Source of the DNA: a virus
Lineage: Duplodnaviria > Caudoviricetes
Strand: one strand, 5' to 3'
IMG/VR virus record: IMGVR_UViG_3300005286_000510
Span: 1-51,694 of that record
Length of the DNA: 51,694 bases
The notes beneath the pieces were generated by a model. The model saw only the letters and a program-made list of their open reading frames with translations. It was not told the origin of the DNA and made no database searches. Position 1 is the first letter of the stretch; the number at the start of each line of letters is the position of its first letter. The translations under genes were made by a program, and so were the position numbers. This document shows positions 45,623-51,694 of this stretch, one piece after another.

Positions 45623-45710
45623 CCACGCCTCCCAGTTTTCGAGCGGACGCGATGATGCCAACGAGTCAATAAAGCCGGCTCAAAAATGCCGGTAAAAACT
45701 CCTCGGCATT

Positions 45711-46331
45711 TTACGCATGCTCGTCACACCGGGTCGTGAAATACCCGCCTTCCCGCAGCTTGCCCGGGCGCCCGCACTTCTCACACAGGTGCCCCGACAG
45801 GATCTCGGCCGCCTCGATGATGTCGGCGATCCCGTCATCCGGGCCGTCGACATACCATCTCAGCGTGGCATATTTCTCTTTGATCTGGCTGCTCTTGAAC
45901 CCGGACGGCGGCCCGATTTCGGCAATCCAGCCCGACGCCGCAATCATGAGATCTGACCACCCGTGGTCGATTTCCATGTGACACAGGAACGGAAACGCCT
46001 CGATTGCCAATCCTTGCCACTTCGGCGGAATCGGTCGCACAGTCCTTGTGATCGGATACCAGCGCCGGCTGCGGACGGCCGTAATCCTTGCCGCCAGCTC
46101 AACGACAGCTGACCACTCGGGCCCCTCGCCGACTTGGTAAGCCACCCGGCCGGCTGGCACGCCGTCATATGTCGGCCGGAGCATCCCCGTTTTCATGTCG
46201 TACGACTGCCCCGTGACGCGGAATTGCGGCCACGGATCGTCGTGCACGGCGGAAACCAAGGATTGGAAATCCTCGATCAGGGGCGACCGGTTTTCGAGCC
46301 ACGCTTCGAGCTTTTCCAAGTCAGTCATCAT
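45711..46331 (-). CDS. Conserved hypothetical protein with C-terminal Zn ribbon
   Basis: GW..L, QIKEKY..LR.Y, CEKCGRPG...TRCDEH; coupled to the ATPase. Confidence 0.75.
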   Translation of the reverse strand: MMTDLEKLEAWLENRSPLIEDFQSLVSAVHDDPWPQFRVTGQSYDMKTGMLRPTYDGVPAGRVAYQVGEGPEWSAVVELAARITAVRSRRWYPITRTVRPIPPKWQGLAIEAFPFLCHMEIDHGWSDLMIAASGWIAEIGPPSGFKSSQIKEKYATLRWYVDGPDDGIADIIEAAEILSGHLCEKCGRPGKLREGGYFTTRCDEHA

Positions 46332-47857
46332 GCTCTCCCCAGATACGCGTCGCGGCCGTCGACCAGGATCCTGACGGCTTTCTCCAATTTCCTGATCGAG
46401 CCGCCAGGCCAAACCTTCTTGATGACCTCGATCTCGTCGCCCTCGAGATCTGGAAACCACCTGCGGTCGAGCGACCGCTCCTCCGCGATCTTGTCCAAGA
46501 TCCCGCGGCTCAGCGTCCCGATGTGCTGCCATCCCGGCTCCGGCATCCGGATGACGTTGAAGCGGTCCAACAACGGCCGCGGAATGCCGGTCAAACTGTT
46601 GGCCGTGGCGATGTAGCTGACCATCGACAGATCCACGGGCACTTCGAGCGCCGGGTCACGGATAGCCTTCGCAGTGTGCGGCTCCAGCAGCGGCAGCAGG
46701 GCCTCAGCCGCGTTCCCGTTGTTCCGGCCTTCGCCGACTTTCTCCAGCTCGTCGAAGACCACGAGCGGATTTGCAATCCTTGTCCGCTTGATCAGCTGCA
46801 GGACCACGCTTTCGCGAGCCGAGTGCCACTGCGCCGACGTTCCCATGATCGAGGCATCGCTGGCTCCAGCCATCCCGTGGACTTCGACGGGCTGGCCGAG
46901 GATCTCGGCAATCGCCCGTGCCAACGTGGTCTTGCCCGTCCCCGCTTCACCGACGAGCAAAGTCGGACGGTACCGCACCGGATCGCCCGGCTGCAGGCTG
47001 CCGATGATACGCTGGAACACCCCGACCGCATGGGGCAGCCGCTGGCCCATGGCTTCCACGGTCGTGCCAAGGTCAGGCATTTCAATCCATGGCAGCGGGG
47101 CGCCGATCAGGCCCGTGTAACCGGCGAGGATCTCCTTACGGGCCCCGCTCTTGGTCGCCAGTGCAGCTTCTGCTGGCACGACAATCAGGCCGACAGGAGG
47201 CTTGATTTCGGGATCGATCTCCGCACGGTCTTCCCGAATGGCCTCCTCGAGCGCCGCCATTTTTTCGTGCAGGTCTTCTTCTGCAGTCGGCACGATGGCG
47301 TCCTCGGCCAGCTGCCGCCCGGCACGATCCAGCGCCTCGAGGTCGGCATACGTCATCCGCAGCACAGCACGGGCACGCGAGATCTCGTTAGCATTGCCGT
47401 TGAGAGCTTCGACGGAGCGCGCGACGGCCAAGCCAAACAAGATTTGCTGGGCGTCCGGGCGGCCATAGTCCGGCGACAGGATGGCCGTGGCCACGCGGGC
47501 GCGGGCGTCCGTGTCGCCGGCGGCAGCGAGGTAGACATCGATCCGCTCGACGTGGCCGTCGTCTTCCACTTCCAGCACATCCCGCAGGGCTTCGAGAGCC
47601 TGCCGGCTGCAGGTTGCCTTCGTGTGCTGGATGATGTCGGCATAGTCGGCGAGGCTGGGGTCGAGCTTCAGCTCATTGCACCAAATCCGGAGATCGGTTT
47701 TCCAGTCGCCAGTAGCAAAACCCAGGCCGAGATAGAGCTCAAAAAGCTGCGGCAGGCGGCCGTCCGCGATCTGGGCGGCGACGCGGCGGCGGTCCTGGAC
47801 GGCTCGGATCTGCTGGGGGGTGGCGCGCGGGGGCGCATCGTCGTCGTGCGACATCAT
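46328..47857 (-). CDS. Lon-like AAA+ ATPase lacking the protease domain
   Basis: GEAGTGKT, VFDELEK, ALLPLLE, VDLS...IATAN, PLLDRF, SIRKL; protein ends soon after. Confidence 0.85.
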   Translation of the reverse strand: MMSHDDDAPPRATPQQIRAVQDRRRVAAQIADGRLPQLFELYLGLGFATGDWKTDLRIWCNELKLDPSLADYADIIQHTKATCSRQALEALRDVLEVEDDGHVERIDVYLAAAGDTDARARVATAILSPDYGRPDAQQILFGLAVARSVEALNGNANEISRARAVLRMTYADLEALDRAGRQLAEDAIVPTAEEDLHEKMAALEEAIREDRAEIDPEIKPPVGLIVVPAEAALATKSGARKEILAGYTGLIGAPLPWIEMPDLGTTVEAMGQRLPHAVGVFQRIIGSLQPGDPVRYRPTLLVGEAGTGKTTLARAIAEILGQPVEVHGMAGASDASIMGTSAQWHSARESVVLQLIKRTRIANPLVVFDELEKVGEGRNNGNAAEALLPLLEPHTAKAIRDPALEVPVDLSMVSYIATANSLTGIPRPLLDRFNVIRMPEPGWQHIGTLSRGILDKIAEERSLDRRWFPDLEGDEIEVIKKVWPGGSIRKLEKAVRILVDGRDAYLGRA

Positions 47858-47969
47858 GGCATCCTCGAAATGATCGATTTGCCGGCGTCAGGGACGAGCG
47901 GCAGAGGGTGCTTAGAGCACGGACTTTTATTCCATGCAAGCCGAGCCGTTAAGGATTGTTAATCGACTA

Positions 47970-48269
47970 TTACTCGATCTCGTGGCCCGTGATGCGGAGG
48001 TATTCCGCGGCGAGGTGGCTGCCTATTATCTCCGGATGGATGCCGGCACGCTCGGCCTTGTCGACGATCATCTTGAGATCGGCAGCCAGCGTCGACTTCT
48101 CCAGCAGATGCGCCTGGTCCTGAACGGCGTGCATGACGGTATCGGGGATCGTCATGTCGCCGGAATACCATTTTTGCACGACCCGGTGCGACTTGCCCGT
48201 GAGCCGCCCCACGCGCCGGGTCGTCAGGTGCGGGAGCACTGAGTGTAGTAGTGTCTGCCAAGCGTCCAT
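47970..48269 (-). CDS. HTH-like protein
   Basis: RRVGRLTGKSHRVVQKWYSG. Confidence 0.55.
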   Translation of the reverse strand: MDAWQTLLHSVLPHLTTRRVGRLTGKSHRVVQKWYSGDMTIPDTVMHAVQDQAHLLEKSTLAADLKMIVDKAERAGIHPEIIGSHLAAEYLRITGHEIE

Positions 48270-48333
48270 GGAAAAGCCCCCAGAATCGTTCTGAGGGCTA
48301 GTTTTGGCGTATGTCGGGGAAAGTGTCACGGCG

Positions 48334-48627
48334 TCAGAACAGCTCAATCTGGCGATCGTCTGGGGGCGTCACAGGCTCCGGGCGTGGTCGGGAAGGCCTG
48401 GCACGCTTGACTACACGGAACACCGGCTCGGCTTCCTTAGCCAGGATCTCCGCCAGCAGCTTGTCGGCGGCGGCAATCGCGTGATCCAAGCCGTAGGTCT
48501 GTCCGATCAGGATGCGACGCCGGGCGCAGGCCATGCCATTCTCGATGACCTCGAAATCACCGCGGGCATTGCGGCAGATCCAGAGGCGGCCGTCGCCGGT
48601 CTCATATAGGATATCCGACTCCTTCAT
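48334..48627 (-). CDS. Hypothetical protein
   Basis: ATGA-coupled; GGAGG RBS. Confidence 0.6.
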   Translation of the reverse strand: MKESDILYETGDGRLWICRNARGDFEVIENGMACARRRILIGQTYGLDHAIAAADKLLAEILAKEAEPVFRVVKRARPSRPRPEPVTPPDDRQIELF

Positions 48628-48839
48628 TCCGCACCTCCGAGCCGACCCAGCGGCAGCTCCGGCGCCTCCATCTTGATGACGCCCCACATCATGAAGCTGG
48701 ACCGCGGATCGAAGGCGTCCGCTTCACGGGACACCGGGATCACGGCAGCCTCGGCGGCCGCCAGGGTGTCGTAGGGGCCCCGCATGCGGTAGTTGTTGCC
48801 GTAGCCGTCGTTGACGTTGACGTAGTAACCGGTCTTCAT
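48624..48839 (-). CDS. Hypothetical protein
   Basis: Coupled; GPYDTLAAAE. Confidence 0.6.
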   Translation of the reverse strand: MKTGYYVNVNDGYGNNYRMRGPYDTLAAAEAAVIPVSREADAFDPRSSFMMWGVIKMEAPELPLGRLGGAE

Positions 48840-49681
48840 GCCGCTGCCCTCCCTGCACACCTGCCGCGTAGCCAATCCTTGTCGACAGGCACCAGCGCGA
48901 ACTTGCCGGTTTTCTTGTCGAGCACGGACTGCTCGGCGATGGCGGCGAAATACCGCAACGGCTCGAGCCCGCCGGCATCAATGATGCCGAATGCGTCTCC
49001 GGCCGACAGTGACTTGAAACCGCTCTCCGAGATGAATGGACCACCGTCGACCGCCCGATAGCTGACTAGGGCCAACGTCGCGATGCCTCGGTATTCAACT
49101 TTCATCCGGATACCGGCCGCTTCGATCACACGCTCGAATTTCTGCCCGAAGAGCGGCACCTCGTCGTCCCTGGCGGCGAGCTGGCGGTGCAGTTCCTCGC
49201 CCAAGCTGAAGAGATACCGCTCCCGATCGCCGGTCGCCGCCGCCCGGAAATCCTCGATGGCGCCCCGCTGGGCGTCGAAGTCACCGTCGCGCACGCCAGC
49301 GTCGAAGGCCTCTATTGCCGCCCGGCCGGCGGCGACCTGTTCCGTCGTGAACTGATGCTGATGAAAGGCGAGCTTGGCCGCCATCTTCGTCAGCAGCTCC
49401 GCTGGTGATGTTTCCGCCCGGAAAAGACGGTCAGGCGAAGTCGTATCGAGGCATCCGTCGAAGCAGCTCTTGAGATGCGCCCACATGATGTCTTGGACCC
49501 GCTGGACTGTCATGTCGGCACCCAGCGCCTTGGCGACCTTCACGCCCAGCATCTTGAACTGCTTGACCTCCGCAGCGGTCATCTCGATGTAGCCATCGAC
49601 GACCGGGCGCCACATGATGCCAGCGTCGAAGGCTTCGATTTCCGCCGACAAGGCGGCGGGCAGGTTTACGGTGTTGCTCAT
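48836..49681 (-). CDS. Hypothetical protein
   Basis: Coupled; ISESGFKS motif. Confidence 0.7.
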   Translation of the reverse strand: MSNTVNLPAALSAEIEAFDAGIMWRPVVDGYIEMTAAEVKQFKMLGVKVAKALGADMTVQRVQDIMWAHLKSCFDGCLDTTSPDRLFRAETSPAELLTKMAAKLAFHQHQFTTEQVAAGRAAIEAFDAGVRDGDFDAQRGAIEDFRAAATGDRERYLFSLGEELHRQLAARDDEVPLFGQKFERVIEAAGIRMKVEYRGIATLALVSYRAVDGGPFISESGFKSLSAGDAFGIIDAGGLEPLRYFAAIAEQSVLDKKTGKFALVPVDKDWLRGRCAGRAAA

Positions 49682-50475
49682 GATGCCTTCCCCAGCACTT
49701 CAAACCACGCGTCCGGCAGGCTGCCCCGTGCATGTGCGGGCGGGCAGCGGGTGACTCTGCCGGCAGCCACTGCCTCGGCGATCAGGCGGTCCATTTCGGC
49801 CCGGTCTGTCGGCTTGAGGGCCTTGGGCTTGCCCAGCGGGCCGAAGAGGCGGCTGGAGGGCTTGGGCTTGCGAGCCATAGGGCTGGAGTAGCGGACAACC
49901 GTCGATGGTGCCGCAGCGGGCGCCGGAGCCGGCTTGGGCGGGGGTGCGGGACGCCACGTGTACGCCGGGGCCTTCTCCGTGATCGGGTGCACGAAGATCT
50001 TGCGACGGAAAATCATGCCCGCCAGCGTGCCGTGCGGGACGCCATAGCGGTCGGCCATAGCACGGACAGACGGATGACCGGGCTGGCCCATGATCTCGCG
50101 GATCTCGGCGATCTGATCCTCGGTCAGGGGATTCGCATTGCTGCGGAGCGCCGACATCGGGTGCACGTAGACATCGGCCTCGGCCAGCGCGTTCCGGAGC
50201 ACCCAGGCGCTCACACCCATCTTCCTGGCGTAGTCGGAAATGGATGCGTGCCCGGGCTGGCCGAGCACGTCGCGGATGGCTTCGATCTTGTCTTCCGGGA
50301 CCAGGGAGACCGCCGACGAAGCGACGAAAATGTCGTGTTCGTCGATCAGGCGATTGAGCGTCATGTGCGTGATGCCGTGGTCTTCGGCAATTGCCAGCTT
50401 CGACAGGCGCCCCTCCGCGCCAAGTGCGACGCGGAGGCTGTTGATGAGTTCGGGGGAGTAGGTCTTGGCGGCCAT
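49678..50475 (-). CDS. Triple-HTH repeat protein
   Basis: Three ~55-aa repeats I..IR..LG..G..S...A...GV....L; Pro linker. Confidence 0.72.
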   Translation of the reverse strand: MAAKTYSPELINSLRVALGAEGRLSKLAIAEDHGITHMTLNRLIDEHDIFVASSAVSLVPEDKIEAIRDVLGQPGHASISDYARKMGVSAWVLRNALAEADVYVHPMSALRSNANPLTEDQIAEIREIMGQPGHPSVRAMADRYGVPHGTLAGMIFRRKIFVHPITEKAPAYTWRPAPPPKPAPAPAAAPSTVVRYSSPMARKPKPSSRLFGPLGKPKALKPTDRAEMDRLIAEAVAAGRVTRCPPAHARGSLPDAWFEVLGKAS

Positions 50476-50477
50476 TG

Positions 50478-51023
50478 TTACGCACCCCACTTCACGGAGC
50501 GCTGGGACACGTATTCGGTCCATGCCTGCAGCACCGTCTTGCAGAGCTCGGCGTCAGTGTCGTCGCGGTGCTTGTCGGCGGTGAAGTAGTCGTCGTCGAG
50601 GCGGCAGCCGGCGATCTCATTGAGATAGTGCTTGCGCTGGGCAGCCGTCAGCGGGCGCGAGGCTTTGCCGTCGACATGGATGCGTGCCACGGCTTCCGCC
50701 CACGTGCACGGGCAGAAGCCATCATGGGCGTGGATGTAGCACGTGCAGCCGCCGGCTTCCTTGGCCGTCGTCTTGAACAAGTCGCGATCGATGGTCTTCC
50801 AGGCCGGCTCGGGCTCGGCATCATAGAGAGCTTCCAGCGCCCAGACGGTGTCGCCGTAGTAGCCCTTAGCCGTGGTGTGAGCCTTGTGATCGGCCGTCAA
50901 GGCAATGCCCACGGTGCCCTCGAGATCGTCGTGATCGACGACGATCACAGCCTTGACGACATCGACGCCATTGATCGTGGGCAGGCGTCCGACCGGGTTG
51001 GGAAACAACATCATCTCTTTCAT
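50478..51023 (-). CDS. Hypothetical protein
   Basis: GGAGG RBS before MKEMML; CTC..H..FCPC motif. Confidence 0.65.
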   Translation of the reverse strand: MKEMMLFPNPVGRLPTINGVDVVKAVIVVDHDDLEGTVGIALTADHKAHTTAKGYYGDTVWALEALYDAEPEPAWKTIDRDLFKTTAKEAGGCTCYIHAHDGFCPCTWAEAVARIHVDGKASRPLTAAQRKHYLNEIAGCRLDDDYFTADKHRDDTDAELCKTVLQAWTEYVSQRSVKWGA

Positions 51024-51157
51024 TTCAATCGCCCCTCCGTTGGGCATTCCCCGGCCCACCTGGGCAACGAGGATTGCATCAAGGATAAGACACTTTTTGC
51101 GATCCGCAATACCCTTTGACTTAAAATCCGCTTCAAGGGGTAAAAATCTTTCGGATC

Positions 51158-51181
51158 GGAAGCTAAGTCGAGTTAGCTTCC
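51158..51181. repeat. 24-bp palindrome (copy 3) in a divergent promoter region
   Basis: GGAAGCTAAGTCGAGTTAGCTTCC, flanked by TTAAAATCCGCTT direct repeats at 51121 and 51189. Confidence 0.85.
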
Positions 51182-51219
51182 AACCCATTTAAAATCCGCT
51201 TTTTCTTTCGATAGGGCTA

Positions 51220-51248
51220 TTGACGCAGGCGGCATATGAAGCAATATT
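51220..51248 (+). promoter_or_regulatory. Sigma70-like promoter
   Basis: TTGACG-17 nt-AATATT upstream of the gene at 51299. Confidence 0.5.
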
Positions 51249-51298
51249 AGCTTCAACGGCTTCGGCGCATGGTGTGCCAGGCCGCAGGAGAGACAGAG

Positions 51299-51694
51299 AT
51301 GACGACATACACTCAGGCCAAAGACGCCGCGACGCTGGCCCTGGCGACTTACCTGGCCAAGGGCCACGAGGCTGAGCTCCTGGAGACGGCCACCTATTTC
51401 ACGCTGACCGTCGACGGCGCCGAGCTCGATCGCAGCTACCCGTTCACGATCACGGCTGACGAAATCGCGGCCCTCGAAGCCCAGCGCGACGACATGCACC
51501 GCCGCATCGTCGAGCTGCGCACCCGCGAGGACGCTTTGTGGACTGGCGCCCGCGAGCTGGATGACAGCGACCCGAAGCAGGCGGAGATGGGCCGCGAGTG
51601 GGGGCAGGTCCGCATTGATCTCGCCCGCGCAGAGAAGTGCCACGCAGAGGCCGTCCGCACCATCGACAACCAGCGCTTCGCCGCCCTGCGCTAG
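51299..51694 (+). CDS. Hypothetical protein
   Basis: AGGAG RBS; ORF ends at the last base of the window. Confidence 0.7.
   Translation: MTTYTQAKDAATLALATYLAKGHEAELLETATYFTLTVDGAELDRSYPFTITADEIAALEAQRDDMHRRIVELRTREDALWTGARELDDSDPKQAEMGREWGQVRIDLARAEKCHAEAVRTIDNQRFAALR

Larger units (their letters stand above)
1..51694. mobile_element. Lambda-like siphophage genome or prophage, possibly a phage-plasmid
   Basis: Head, tail, lysis and replication modules in phage order; no host housekeeping genes; Rep_3-like initiator present; no integrase seen. Confidence 0.9.

Noticed and set aside
46523-47962. 479-aa plus-strand ORF, and similar long antisense ORFs at 26737-28008, 39552-40712 and 42161-43384
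   Set aside because: They lie opposite well-supported genes and have no recognisable domains

Overview
A near-complete, GC-rich, lambda-like siphophage genome, probably of an alphaproteobacterium (host inferred from composition and gene style). All family calls come from motifs recognised by eye; no searches were run. Left arm (1-11 kb, minus strand): an AbiEi/AbiEii type IV toxin-antitoxin pair translationally coupled to a calcineurin-like phosphoesterase, several HTH proteins, a DEDDy 3'-5' exonuclease and many small hypotheticals. Centre-left (11-16.5 kb): a Rep_3-like plasmid replication initiator beside two repeat-rich, largely non-coding regions. Morphogenesis (16.5-34.3 kb, plus strand): terminase S/L, gpW, portal, ClpP-type protease, decoration protein, gpE-type capsid, a Gly-rich fibre, tail tube, a frameshifted tail chaperone, tape measure and tail tip. 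Then a ~1300-aa Prim-Pol/SF2-helicase fusion (minus strand), tandem HTH genes, RuvC, a holin/SAR-endolysin/spanin cassette, a T5 A1-like metallophosphoesterase cluster, and a right arm with a protease-less Lon-like AAA+ ATPase. I see no integrase, CI-type repressor, ParA or protelomerase. The best candidates for novelty are a phage-plasmid lifestyle with two replication systems, the three-gene AbiE/phosphoesterase operon, several dispersed repeat families, and 18 proteins ending in Ala-Ala.
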